DNA of 64,000 nucleotides, from NCBI RefSeq assembly GCF_009914755.1, contig NC_060932.1; one strand, written 5' to 3'. Source of the DNA: the human T2T-CHM13v2.0 reference genome, Homo sapiens. The notes under the pieces are model-generated. The model was not told where the DNA came from and ran no database searches. It worked only from the letters and a program-made list of their open reading frames with translations. Both the position numbers and the translations under genes were made by a program. Of the stretch, positions 12,559 to 28,333 are shown in pieces (the stretch's first letter is position 1; every line of letters begins with the position of its first letter).

Positions 12559-14315
12559 CAGCATTATTCTTACTCTCCAAAATGGAAAAAGAAGTCAAAT
12601 GTCCCTGAGCTGGTAATGGAAAAATAAAGTGTGGTAAAACAATGGGAAACTATTCAATATTTTTAAAAAATGAAGTACTAATACATGTTACAACATGGAT
12701 AAACGAAAACATTACACTAAGTGAAAGAAGCTATCACAAAAGGCCACATACTGTATGGTCTATATGAAATGTCCAGAATAAGCAAATCTATAAAGACAGA
12801 ATGTAGATTAGTGGTTGCCTAGGGCTGAAGGGTGGGAGGAGGAATGGGAAGTGGTAGCTATTGGGTGTAAGGTTTCTTTTAGGGGTAAGGTTTCTTTTTG
12901 GGGGTGATGAAAATGTCCTAGAATTAGATTATGTTGATGAGTACACAACTCTATAAAAATTCATAAATACTGGTTAAAAAGGATAAATGAATGTTCTTGC
13001 ATTACTTTTACTTCCTTCAATGGAGACAGAAAGAAGAGATCAGACTCTCTGATACAGCAAGGTGAAGGATGATGTTATTTATCCCTCCCTAGGCACGGCA
13101 AGGCAACCAGGACAGCCAAATGACTCTGCATGAAGCCCAGTCCAAGGCAGGGCAGGGCAGGGCTGGCCAGAGGCCCCTGTGGACCACTTAATTGGTCAAT
13201 GCTTTATGACCAGAGTCATGGATTTCATGCTCCAAACAAGTTATCTGTTCTATCACCAGAGCTGAAAGTAGCTAGTGGAAGCTCAACATCATTTCCTTTT
13301 GCATAATTTCCTTTGGTTGCCCTCCACAAATAGATTGATGTTCCTGTCAGGTTATCAATAATAGAAGGAGAACTACCTGGTTTCTATGCATCTAGGAATG
13401 TGCGAGGGGAAATAAGCAATTAATGCTCAATCTTTCTAGCTGCAAGGATAGTTTCTTTTGTGTACATCTCAGCTGAAAAGACTAAAGTCATAATTTCCAA
13501 TTTAAGTTTAGAATGTATTGAATATTCTCTTTCTAAATATGTGCCTTTATAGTTGAATGGTGTAATGAAGTTGAAAAAGGAGTAATAAGCTTGTACATTA
13601 GAGTGGTGTAGAATAGGTACAACATAATCTTTGGAAGATTACATACATATTCTAGCTCTTCTCTCATTGTTTGAAACTTTTTTGTAGTTTTCTAGCCAGT
13701 TTATATGCCACACAAGGAAACAAGTTACCCTCACTTTATAGTCACATCATGCCTTTTTTACAGTGTTACCCACTTTTATCTTTGACTTTATTTGCTAGTT
13801 TGGGTTCTCAGTGACTTTTGATCAGTTTCAAAAATCAAAAGGTAAAAATATGCCACCGATAATTTTCAAAATAATGGGGTTTATTACATTCTACAGACAT
13901 TTCACACAAAAATGTTTCTGGTCTGAACTGATTATATGAAATGTCCAGAATAAGCAAATCTATAAAGACAGTGCTCCAGGGCAGCTGCACCCCAATGTCC
14001 CAGGATTTCCTTTATTTTTACTGCTTGTTTTGCCTATTCTTAGGTCACATATTTTCCTCTTTCTGTAGTTGCAATCTTGATTTTTCTAAAACATATCCTC
14101 AAGTTATTTTGTAAGAATTAGGAATTAAACTTTCTGAATCTATTCATGTCTAAAAATGCCTTTGTTTGCCCTCCCACTGCACTGATACTTCCCTGGGTAT
14201 AGAGATTTCATAAAACAATACATCTTACACATATACACACACACACACAATTTCTAAGAACTCTTTCTTGCTCTCTTTCTATTATCATGGTCTGGTTCTT
14301 GTTTTATAGGGACGA

Positions 14316-14668
14316 TGTCTTAGTCCATTCGGGCTGTTATAACAAAATATCACGGACTGGGTAGCTTATAAACAACAGGAAATTATTTCTCATAGTTCTA
14401 GAGGTTGGGAAGTCCAAGATCAAACTGCCAGCAAATTCAGTGTCTGGTGAGGGCCCTCTTCACAGATCTCTGTCTTCTTGTGGTGTCCTCACGGGGTGGA
14501 AGAAGTCAGGGAGGTCTCTGGGGACTCTTTTTTAAGAACACTAATCCCATTCATGTGGGCTCTACCCTCATGGCCTCATCACCTCCCAAAGAACCCCCTT
14601 CCTAATACCATCACCTTGAGGTTAGGATTTTAGTGTACAAGACAGACATAAATATTTCATCCATTGCA
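14316..14668 (-). mobile_element. MaLR solo LTR (MLT1A-like)
   Basis: TGTCTTAGTCCATTCGGGCTG..CCATTGCA; TSD GACGA/GATAA. Confidence 0.85.
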
Positions 14669-14678
14669 GATAATATAG

Positions 14679-15102
<424 letters not shown>

Positions 15103-15959
15103 AACTTTCTTTTCTCTATCACAGGCTTTTTTCAAAGATTGTTGCACTCTCTTGTTCTTTGTATTGTCCTGTAAGCCATCATAAGATTACATATTTTTAA
15201 AATTTATTCATTATCATTTCAGTGGTGTCTCAGCAATGAGGATGAATATGATGGTTTCAAAACCTCAAATTAGATAGCTTTACTATTCTATTATTACATC
15301 TCATATGTATTATAGGAACAAAATTGTATACAAAGCATTTAAATCAACGACTTGCATTTTAGTGCCCAATGACTTGTGTCAGATGAGTTGATAACCAAAA
15401 CCAGGAAGCATCAACGGCTTAAAAAATACACCCACTTACGCAGTCTCCCCTGACACATGTATGTATGTAGATATATTTCAGGGGTCATAGTTTGTGTTTA
15501 TATTTTAAAGTCATGCTGTTCACAGTTTTGTTTCCATTCAGGATCACACAATGGTAATGTACCTTTTAAAAAAATAATAACAAATTTTTTTGAAAAACTT
15601 CCAGGCAGGCATGACCAGGTTTTAGCAATTTTTTTTAATTACAGCATGCAGAAAAATATTAAAAAGTATTAGGACAAACATTATATAGCTCTTGCTTAGC
15701 TGTCAAATATTGACATTTAATCAGATTTACTTTGGATCTTAAAACAAAAAATTGTAGGTACGAAGACCTTTCCATAGCTTTCCCTAATCCCTTTCCCCTT
15801 CCATCTTTCCCAGTAGTAACCAGCAGACTGAATTTAGTATGATTCATTGCCTAGGGCAATCATCTCTTGCATAATTTAGAAATTCTTATCTATAAATAAT
15901 ATGGATATATATAATATAGACATGTCAGTCATAAATAAATGTACTTGTATTGGTTCCTT

Positions 15960-17110
<1,151 letters not shown>

Positions 17111-17348
17111 GTCTTTTATTTAAAACAATTTAATTGTGGTAAAATACACATAAAATGTACTGTATTAACCATTTTAAAGTGTATAGTTCAGTAATGTTTC
17201 GTATATTCACACTGTAGTACAACCTATCTCTAAAACTTTTTCATCTTCCAAAACTGAAACTCTATATTCATTAAACAACTTCCCATTTCCTCTTCCCCAA
17301 TCTTCTCACAGCCACCATTCTACTTCGTATTTCTGTGAGTTTGACAAT

Positions 17349-17719
17349 GGATATGGTCTGGCTCTGTGTCCCCACCCAAATATCATTTTGAATTATAATC
17401 TGAATTCTAATCCAAACATGTTGGGGGAGGAACCTCATGGTTCCTCATGGAGGTGATTAGATCATGGGGGAGGTTCCCCCATGCCATTATCATGATAGTG
17501 AGTGAGTTCTCACAAGATCTGATGGTTTTGTAAGGGCTTTTCCCTGCTTGTAACCATTCTCTCTCCTGCTACCCTGTGAAGAGGTACCTTCTGCCATGAT
17601 TATAAGTTTCCTGCGGCCTCCCCAGCCATGTGGAACTGTGAGTCAGTTAATCCTCTCTTCTTTATAAATTACCCAGTCTTGGGTATTTCTTCATAACAGC
17701 ATTAGCACGGACTAATACA
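17349..17719 (+). mobile_element. MaLR solo LTR (THE1D/MST-like)
   Basis: GATATGGTCTGGCTCTGTGTCCCCACCCAAAT..GGACTAATACA; TSD ACAAT/ACAAC. Confidence 0.88.
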
Positions 17720-18034
17720 ACAACTTTAAATGCCTCATAGAAGTGGAAGCATATAGTATTTCTCATTTTGTGACTGGCTTATTTCACTCAGCATAATATT
17801 CTCAAGGTTCATCCATTGTAGCATGTGACATTGTAGCATGTAAATTCAAGATTGTTGTAGCATGTGACAAAATTCTTCTTTTTAAGGGCTGAATAATATC
17901 CCACTATATATCACATTTTGTTTATCCACTCATCCATTGACAGACATTTAGGTTGCTTCCAATTCTTGGCTATTGTGAATAATGCTGTAATGAACATCAG
18001 TGTGCAAATATCTCTTAAGAAACCCTGCTTTCAA

Positions 18035-18428
18035 CCTGGATGGAACTGGAGGTCATTATTCTAAGTGAATTAATTCAGGAATGGAAAACCAAACATTGTA
18101 TGCTCTCACTCATAAGTGGAAGCTAAGCTATGAGGACGAAAAATGCAATGGACTTTGGGGCCTCGGGGGAAAGGGTGGGAGGGGGATGAGGGATAATACA
18201 CATTTAGATACAGTTACACTGCTCAGGTGATGGGTACACCAAAATCTCAGAAATTGCCACTAAGGAGCTTATTTCTGTAACCAAACACCACCTGTTCCCA
18301 AAAAAACCTATTGAAATAAATAAATAAAATGAGAATAATAATTTAAAAAAATAAAAAAGTGAAAAAAGTATAAACAATAAAATAAAATTGATTGAAATAC
18401 CTTTTTTTTAAAAAAAAAAAAAAAAAAA
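18035..18428 (+). mobile_element. L1PB-like 3' UTR fragment with A tail
   Basis: CCTGGATGGAACTGGAGG..CACCAAAATCTCAGAAAT..CCACCTGTTCCC; degenerate TSD ending CTTTCAA. Confidence 0.82.
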
Positions 18429-19368
18429 GGAGCTCTTCCTTTCAATACTTTTGGATACATACCTAGAAGTGGAATTGTTGGATTATATGGCAATTCTATT
18501 AGTAATTTTTTGAGGAACCTCCAAACGGTTTTCTAGAGAGGCTGCACCATTTTGCATCTCCACCAACAGTGCACAAGGGTTCCAATTTCCCCACATCCTC
18601 ACCAACATTTGTTATTTTCCTTTTCTTTGTTTTCTTATAATAACCTTCTTAAGGGGTGTGGAGTGCTAGCTCACTGTGGTTTCAATTTGCATTTCTTTAA
18701 TGCTTAGTGATGTTGAGCCTCCTTTCATATGCTTGTTGGCCATGTGTCTCCCCCTTTTTTTGGGTTATTTTTACCAAAGGTTTATCTGCAATTAGATTCT
18801 TTTCAGTGGACTGAATTTTCATTTTGTGATCTTTTCTATTTTCTTTCCTGTCCCGGCCAAGACAGGTCCATTTTAAGTTGACTTTTTTTTCAGTTCAACT
18901 TGGTTGCTGAAAGGAAACAGAGAAAAATTGAAAAGACAGGCTCATTAAATGAACTGAGAACAATTTAATTCAAATAACTTAAGTACCAATTAGCTAATTG
19001 CAAGCCCCATGCTGATAAGTCAGAAGATCTTAGCTTCTGGGCAAACCTGTGAGACACGTGAGATTTTGGAATCAGAGGCCCAGATTATGTGAAATTCATA
19101 ATAGATCATACAAGTAATTCACGTATAGGATTCGGAATTAAGAGCTAAGAAAGCTTTAGGAAGCACTAGACAGAAACACCTTGGCTTGAATCTGTTGGAC
19201 TAACTTTTACACAGTTTTCTATTTGTTTATATAATATGCTATTATTAAGAACTAGTTAGTTCTACATAAAAACTAGGTAGTTGGATCTTTCTATAATGAA
19301 GTGTTCTATACCTTAAAAGGTACATTGATTTCTGAAGGACAACTTACTCCGAAGTTATCAAAACGACA

Positions 19369-19404
19369 AGTCCGCCATCTATTGGTGAAATTAGTACACT
19401 GCAA
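19369..19404 (-). promoter_or_regulatory. CTCF site with core and upstream (ZF9-11) motif
   Basis: Minus strand TTGCAG-TGTACTAATTTCA-CCAATAGATGGCGGAC: CCASYAGRKGGCRS core with one mismatch, plus TGCAG 13 nt upstream. Confidence 0.7.
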
Positions 19405-19475
19405 GATAAATTCAAGACTAAATGTTAGCAATTTATCGACCTCTTCCTGGTTTTTGCTTTCAAAAAAACCGGGAT

Positions 19476-19585
19476 TTCACTTGAGCCCCGGAGTTCGCGG
19501 TTACAGTGAGCTACGATCGCGCCACTGCACTCCAGCCTGGGCAACAGAGCAAGACTGTCTCTAAAAAAAGACAAAACAAAACAAA
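19476..19585 (+). mobile_element. 5'-truncated AluJ/FRAM right-arm fragment
   Basis: CACTTGAGCCCCGGAGTTCGCGG..GCCACTGCACTCCAGCCTGGGCAACAGAGC with an A tail. Confidence 0.85.
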
Positions 19586-21328
19586 GATTCCTGGAGGGTC
19601 ATCTCAAAAGATTAAATTGTTAGTAGTAGGATTCCAGGTATTTTGACTGGCAAATAGGAAAGGTATTTGGCAAAAAGATAAGTGTGGTTTTTTAGTGTCA
19701 CTTTGTTTATATGATAAAAGGCAAATGATTATTCAGTTTATTTCTGAAAGCTCTCCAGGGTGAATGTTACTATACCAAATTTTAGAGGAATTTTATATTT
19801 GTGTAGAAGATACAGCAGTTTACATTTAATTTTTATCTTTTACTGATGGTACTAAATGTGTCCGAATTATGATTTCTTTAAATAATTTTTAATGTATAGA
19901 TTTGCTTCTAATCTGGGAGTTAATTTATACATTATTTTAAGAAACAGGCTGCGTTAGTAAATAAATTCATGTCTCCTGAATCCATAAAATTCATTAGCGG
20001 CACCTATGCAGTGTGCTCTTCGTAATCCACATCCTAGGACCATTATTCATCTGGTGCATGAAACTTTTCCATGGGGGCCAGTGGAGGGTTAAGCGTAGGA
20101 TGATAACTCTGAAGCCATCTGAAGGACCTCAGCTGTGCCAACATGTTCCCAGCGATCCCTACCTGCCTTCTCACTATTCTTACACCCTGGATTTCTAGAA
20201 TCTTTCTCTGCTCAGCCACCAGTAACCCAATCTCCAGGCCTCATTCTCCCTCCTCCATAAATACACATAAACTGTCAGAGTTAGACTAGCATGTGACCCT
20301 ACGCCAGTCTGAGCAGACGCAAGATGATGGCATGACAATTCTTAGCTTAAAAAACACACATGTAGACCTCAGACTCCAGCTTGCCAGCCTTAGCTGGTTT
20401 CCTGTGAAGAAAGCATCACTTCATCAGGTTAGAAGGCTCTGTCTGCCCATCCCTGGAACCAAGACTAAGAGCATCCACTAAATAATTTTCATTCTAGGCT
20501 TCCATCCCAACGTTGGCTCTGATCTGAGCAGGTTGTGGAGGTTGGCTTGCCTCAGCTGACTTTCTCATCTTCACAGGCATGAGAATTAGAAGCTCCTTAG
20601 TAAATAGTGCAGGACAGTGTTGAATGGTGGTTATTTAACAAGGCCTCTTCCATCTTCACTAAATATGCTTTGTTCAGCCCATACATAGAGAGAGAGAAAT
20701 AGGGTGCATTTTAAACAAATGGCTCTTTTCCCCAGGCTGTTTTTCACTGGCTTGGTATCTCTTGCTTCAGTTACTCAGGGGCTGAGGAGCTGTGACTTAG
20801 CCATCACATGGCTTTTCATCACTTCTCTAATCATTTTCTTAAATTAGATTTTGATGTTAACATTAGCAACAGAATTCAGGATGGTCCAACAGAAGAACCA
20901 GTGGGAGAGGTGAGGAACCTGGTTTCATGACTGAGGACGAACCGCTTATGAACTCTTTAAGGAGATTGTTCGTCTAAAGGTCTCTCTGCCTCAGTCTCCC
21001 CCCAGCCTCAGTTCACACCATCCACTGCTGTCAAAGGTCTGCGTGGAGCCCAGATCTGCCAATGCCATCGGACCGTGCTCAGAATAGTCTTTAGCTTCTC
21101 ATTGCCTGCTCTCAACTCCTGTGAGCCATCCCAAGCTCTACTGTGTCTCGCCGGAACTGAACTGGAAGGTGCTCCTGGCTTTTTCTGCTCAGTGCTATCC
21201 CAGACACTGTGCACTTTTCCTTTACTGTATTTCCTCACCTTTCAAGGCTGATTCAAATGTCTGCCTCTTTCTCTCCTCTGAATTGCTGTAACTCATCTCC
21301 CATAGCATTCCATGGTGTCTTATGATAA

Positions 21329-21721
<393 letters not shown>

Positions 21722-21761
21722 TGAACTCCCTAACCAAGCCTGATTCTTACTGGCAACTGAA

Positions 21762-22080
<319 letters not shown>

Positions 22081-22919
22081 TAATTAGCAAAACTATTTTT
22101 TTTTTCTAAGTGCAGAGGTTCTTGTAATTGTTGGAGCCTCTTACAGCACATGTGTCCATTTGGACACCTTGGAGGCAGTGAGAAAGGAAAACTAAGTGTT
22201 TCATCCTCTTTATTGGTTAATGTATGATATCTCATTCTCCTGCATCCTTGACACATTGATTCCCCGCCCCTTCACTTCCCCCCAAGTTACACTGTGGCAA
22301 TAAGAGCTAAACTTCAGATGCATTGGAGAACCTCTCTGTGACTAGCATAAATTAAATGGCCGGGAGGTGCAAAACAGCCAAGAGGCAGATCGAGGGTGTC
22401 TCTTGCCTAGTGAACTCTGCAGCTCACTGAAGGTCGCTGGGAAGGAAGAGTGTGGAACCTGACCTGCGCTGTCCTTATATTTCTCTGCAGCAAAGTGGCC
22501 TGTCATGTAGGTTTAGGGGACAGGACACCCTCTCATGGGCTTTGTCTTGCTTAATTGGATTGGCTGTTTTGAGGATCATGATGCATTCTTGAGATTTTGG
22601 CATCTGTATTGTAATGAGGGAGCACAGTTTCATCATCATAATTATGGCTGCCGTGTTTTGAGCTTTTACTATGAGCCTGGTACTGCAGCATGTGTGAAAT
22701 AGACGATCTGCTTACCTGCATTTAAGGACTAGGAAATACATGTTTTGGACAAAGAGTCGGGGCACCTGAAATTAAGCTTAAACTCTGTCACTAATGTACC
22801 ATAGAAGGTTATTCCATTCTGTCCTCAGCTATAAAATGTTTTCTGCTGTAGCTATCTCATGTGAGACTCAATTAAGTAAAAGGCAATGAAGGAAAGTATA
22901 AATTTTTATACCAAAGTTC

Positions 22920-23232
22920 TTTTCTTTTCTTTTTTTTTTTTTTTTCTTAAACAGAATCTCACTCTGTCACCTAAGAGGTTGGAGTGCAGTGGCGCAATCT
23001 CAGCTTACTGCAACTTCTGACTCCCGGGTTCAAGCGATTCTTCTGCCTCAGCCTTCCAAGTAGCTGGGATTACAGGTGTGAGCCCTCACGCCCAGCCAAT
23101 TTTTGTATTTTTAGTAGAGATGAAGTTTCATCATGTTGGCCAGGCTGGTCTCAAACCCCTGACCTCAGGTGATCTGCCCACCTCGGCCTCCCAAAGTGCT
23201 GGGATTACAGGCATGAGCCACCACACCTGGCC
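22920..23232 (-). mobile_element. Alu (AluSx-like) inserted into the tail of the adjacent AluJ
   Basis: TSD AGTTCTTTTCTTTT on both sides. Confidence 0.9.
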
Positions 23233-23237
23233 TAGTT

Positions 23238-23579
23238 CTTTTCTTTTTTTCCTTTTTCTTTCTTTCTTTCTTTCTTTTTTTTTTTTTTTTTTTTTAATTT
23301 TAGAGACAAGGTCTCACTCTGTTGCCCAGGCTGGAGTCCAGTGGCATAGCCATAGCTCACTGCAACCTCAAACTCCTGGGCTCAAGTGATCCTCCTGCCT
23401 TGGCCTCCTGAGTAGCCAAGACTACAGGCATGTGTCACCACACAAGGCTAACTTTTTAATTTTTTGTAGAGATGGGATCTCACTTTGCTGCCCAGGCTAG
23501 TGTTGAACTCCTGGGCTCAAGTGATCCTCCAACCTCAGCCTCCCAAAGTGATTACAAGCATGAGCCACTGCAGCTGGCC
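23238..23579 (-). mobile_element. AluJ
   Basis: Diverged reverse Alu with J diagnostics (CCTGGGCTCAAGTGATCCTCC in both arms). Confidence 0.9.
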
Positions 23580-23899
23580 TTCACAATTCTTTTATACCCA
23601 TTCCTTCATTTATTAAATGTTTGCTGTACATCAGGTATCATACTGGACATTTAAAATGAAGAATTTAGATTCACAGTTCCTGTCCTTGAAGAGTTTCAGT
23701 CTAAAAAATGAGAAATACAAACTGACACTAACCAGTCAGTGTAGAAAGTGCTTCCCTAGACATAGAACAAGTTGCAATGGGGTCATAGAGAGGGTGCACT
23801 TACTTCAGCTTGAGAGTGGGAAAGGCAATGGCAGGGAAGTCATTTTCCCCTACCAACAATCAGAGCCAATATTCACCAAGTGCTTAGCTGTCTGCTGTT

Positions 23900-24090
23900 A
23901 ATTATGGTAAAGATTCCCATGAATCATTTAATCCCAACAGCCTTTCTATGTCAAGGTGTCTCCTCATATTCCCATGTCACAGAGGGGAAAACGGAGGCTT
24001 TCTGAGGTTAGGGTCCTTCCTCAGGTCACAGAGGCAGGGCTGTCAGTGAGGTCTGTCTAATACCTAAGTCAATGTACTTAGCCATTATAC
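23900..24090 (-). mobile_element. MIR
   Basis: CATTTAATCCCAACAGCC..GGAAAACGGAGGCT..GGTCACA..CTTAGCCATTATAC. Confidence 0.6.
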
Positions 24091-24447
24091 TGCTGCAGCT
24101 CTTCCCTTCTCCAAAAACCAGGAGCAACTTGAGTCTTGATAAATGCACACGAAGTGGTCAGGCCAACAAGGAAAGGCATTTCAGGTAGAAGAAACTGCAT
24201 GTGTAAAGCATGGGAGTGAAACTAGGCTGAGTTTGAGACTTACAATGTGTCTGGGAGAGTACGGAGAGAGGCCAGGGTCAGGGAGTGGAGAGTAAGCAGA
24301 CTCCTGAACATGAAAGCTGTAATACAGTACTCTCTAAAGCTATGAACCTTGGCCTTTTAGAGTGCTCCTGGTTCTCCAAAAGAAATGAGATTAATCAGAA
24401 GACTCTAGTACATTTGTCCACACACATTGCTCAAAAAAAGGTGCTGG

Positions 24448-25191
<744 letters not shown>

Positions 25192-25519
25192 AAAGGTGCT
25201 GGGATCCCTGAACAGAAGAGAATAAACAAGATTCTTGGTACCTTTTTCTCCTCGAGTGCCTTAAACTTTAATGTTTTAAAACTTAAAACATTAAAGCAGC
25301 CATCAGAACTAATTATGGCATAAAAGATCAATTGGAGCCAAACACACAATTTCCAAAATTGCAGGTATAGGAATAAAATAAAATACTGGATCACTGAAAC
25401 ATTCATTCTGGAAACAGAACGTTGACAGGTTTCTCTGTTAATGCACTTTTCTACTCTTCTGCCAAGCTAGAAGATGCCAAAGCCCCAGCCCTCGGTCCAG
25501 GGCTTTTCTTCACAGAGTA

Positions 25520-25770
25520 TGCAGCACGCTATTGAGAGAGAAGCCTGGGCTCTGGAGGCACTCAGGGTGACTCAGAATCCACCTCTCCCATTTACCTTTG
25601 TTGTGACCTGGACCAAGGCAGGTCACCTAACTGCCATAAGCCCTCGTTTTCAAGTCCATAAATTGGGCTAACTGTAATGACTAACTCAGAGAGTGGCTGG
25701 GAGAGCAAAAGCACACATAATGCCCAGCACAGTGCCCAGCACATTGTAAGGGACCAATCAATGACAAACA
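25520..25770 (+). mobile_element. MIR
   Basis: GGGCTCTGGAGGCA..TGTGACCT..CACAGTGCCCAGCACATTGTAAG. Confidence 0.55.
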
Positions 25771-27357
25771 TCAGTATAATCATCAATCTATACAGCCTCA
25801 AGTACAAGTCAGATTCCCAAACCCCACAGAACACATTTTGACCATGCAATATTAGCTCCACACAGCAAGAGTCTTTAAAAAATGGTCCTATCTGCAAACT
25901 TGCATTGCAAGACACTCTTTTCTGTGAATAAGGAAAAGAGCAGTGTTATTGTCACACTCTGCCCCCCCGCCCCCAGCTATAATCAGTATGTTATATGCCG
26001 AGTTCAGTAGCTCAAAGATGTGCTGTCGATCTGCACTGCAGCTACTTTCTGTGGCTCCAGGAGTTCTATTTATGCCTGTCTCAGGCATAGTTCCTTCACT
26101 ATATCTCAGGTTCAGCTCTTACAATCTTTTTAAGCCAACAGTGGGAGGGAAAGGCAGGAATCACTCATCAAGGACATAGAGAATGCCAACAAAGTAAAAT
26201 TATGAAGCATTCTGTTAAAAAAAAAAATACTTGCAGCCAAGAGTTTAAGTTGAACTTATACTCTACAAGTGACTCCAGAAGTGAGTCAGTAGAGCTTGGT
26301 ATATCCTGGTCAACATTCACTCAGCATCCTCAGTACCTACCATGTGCCTGGATGTCTGGAAAATCCAGAAATTATTGAGATAGCCATATCACCTTCCAGC
26401 AACTTTATCTGTAGAGGACTAATGGCATGCACACAAATTGTCTCAAGTCAAAATGGAAAGCGAAAGTAGAACCAACAAGTTGAAGTTCACAGAATTGATG
26501 AAGAAATGATGTCTGGCTGGAAAATCTGAAAAGGTGACATGAAGAAGCCAGCATTTGTGTTAAGCCTTGGTGGAAGGAAGAAGACAGTCTAGGAAAAGGG
26601 AACAGGGTGTGGGGGCAGAGAACTGGAACATCTAGAAGCACGGTTCAGTTTGGAAGCTTAATAAAGAACAAGGGCTACTTCTGAGTAGGCGTCCAAGGCA
26701 AACTCCAGGAGAGGCCTTTGCCACCAGTGGACAGGCTGGATTGGGATGGGGGAGGGGATGCTAAGGCAGAGAAACCACTGGGAGAATGATGTGCCTCAAG
26801 GATCAGAGGACTGGGGGGTGCCAGGGCTTCCATAAAAGATTGGTACTCATTCATGGAATTGGGTTCCTACCTCTGTTTTAGTTCTTTTGATGCACTGCCT
26901 GGAACTCTTGTGTTCATAAGAACATCAATATCCAAGGAAATACAGTAAGAGGAGGAAGGAAGAGCCTCTCTGAAGACTCTCCAAGGTCACAGTCCTCTGC
27001 AATTGGCCGATTAAAGAAAACAGGTCTCAATCAGTTAAATGACATATCACAAAATGAAGGAGACCATTTGTTTAACTGGCCGCATGTTTCATTGTTGAAG
27101 ACAGCCATTTGTTTCATTCTTAAAAAATGGGTTTGATATGTTGGTGTGTTTCAAAGACTGAAATGACATGACTAAACAACCCCCCTAATATTACTTAGCC
27201 CCACCCTTTAAGGACTCTGAAGCACATCGTACACTGGCTATAGAGGGGAAGGCAGCCTGTAAAGTAATGTGGGAATCCACCGTGTTCAGAGCGCTGTGGG
27301 GATTTTATGGAAACTACTTAAACCTGATATTTTTATGTCTCTTAATTTTCTCTCTCT

Positions 27358-27835
27358 CTTTAATTGTGGTCCATAACATAACATACAATTTACCATTCTC
27401 ACCATTTTTCAGTGGACAGCTCAGCGGCATTAAGTATGTTAAATGCAATCATCACTGCTATTCACCTCCATAGCTTTTCATCTTCCCAAACTGAAACTCT
27501 GTACCCATTAAACATTAACTCACTATTACCCACTCCCCACATCCTCTAGAAACCACTGTTTTATTTTCTATCTCCATGAATCTGCCTATTCTTGGATATT
27601 TCAAATAAGTGAAATCATATTTGTCCTTCTGTGACTGGCTTATTTCACTCAGCACAATATCTTCAAAGTTCATTCATGCAGTAGCACATATTACAACTTC
27701 CTTCCTTTTTAAGGCTAATATTTCATAGTAGGTATATACCATGTTTCCATTCATCCATTCATTGATGGATATTTTGGTTATCTCCACCTTTTAGCTATTG
27801 TGACTAATGCTGCTGTAAACATTGGTATACACTGT
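27358..27835 (-). mobile_element. L1MB-like 3' end
   Basis: TAATTGTGG..CATCTTCCCAAACTGAAACTCTGTACCC..GGCTTATTTCACTCAGCA..AATGCTGCTGTAAACATT. Confidence 0.82.
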
Positions 27836-28183
27836 GAATCCATTGACCCCACCATTTTCTTTCTCCAATCTACCCTTATTCCTGTCTTGACTGTCTACTT
27901 TATGCAGAATAGATTCCACAACCTATCACACTCAATTCTTTGCCCAATTCTCCCTCTGCTGCATGAATGTGACAAAATTCCAGCCGTGGATAAACCCAGA
28001 TATCTGACTTTTCTGTCTCAAGCATCTATTCACTGGAATGTTACTGAAGACAACCATTCATGATTACCTTTCTTAAATGGGCACTCAACACTGCCCAGAA
28101 GTCCTAACACAGTAAACTTAGTCTCACATTATCCATTGATTAAAATTTTATAATTTTACTTTAACTTTCAAACTTTCCACCTA

Positions 28184-28333
28184 TATTCTAGTCATTTCCC
28201 CTAACTTTTAGGTACTCTTCTGTATTGCATGGATTCATTTATTTAAAAAAAAACTATTTATTCTAGTCATTTCCCCTAACTTTTAGGTACTCTTCTGTAT
28301 TGCATGGATTCATTTATTTAAAAAAAAACTATT
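28184..28333 (+). repeat. Perfect 75-bp tandem duplication (2 copies)
   Basis: 28184-28258 is identical to 28259-28333. Confidence 0.95.

Larger units (their letters stand above)
10645..12960 (+). mobile_element. L1MB-like ORF2 end and 3' UTR, split into 10645-11054 and 12572-12960 by a nested L1MA
   Basis: AAATGCAAATCAAAACCACAATGAG..CAATGTTCATAGCAGCATT, resuming after the insertion with the L1MB 3' UTR (GTAGATTAGTGGTTGCC..GATGAAAATGTCC). Confidence 0.85.
17125..18750 (-). mobile_element. L1MB-like 3' end, interrupted by THE1 and L1PB
   Basis: TTTAATTGTGGTAAAATACAC..GGCTTATTTCACTCAGCATAAT..TTTTTGAGGAACCTCCAAAC. Confidence 0.85.

Noticed and set aside
28184-28333. Direct repeats as a CRISPR-like array (also 49344-49472)
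   Set aside because: There are no unique spacers, only 2-2.5 units, no cas genes, and the context is eukaryotic.
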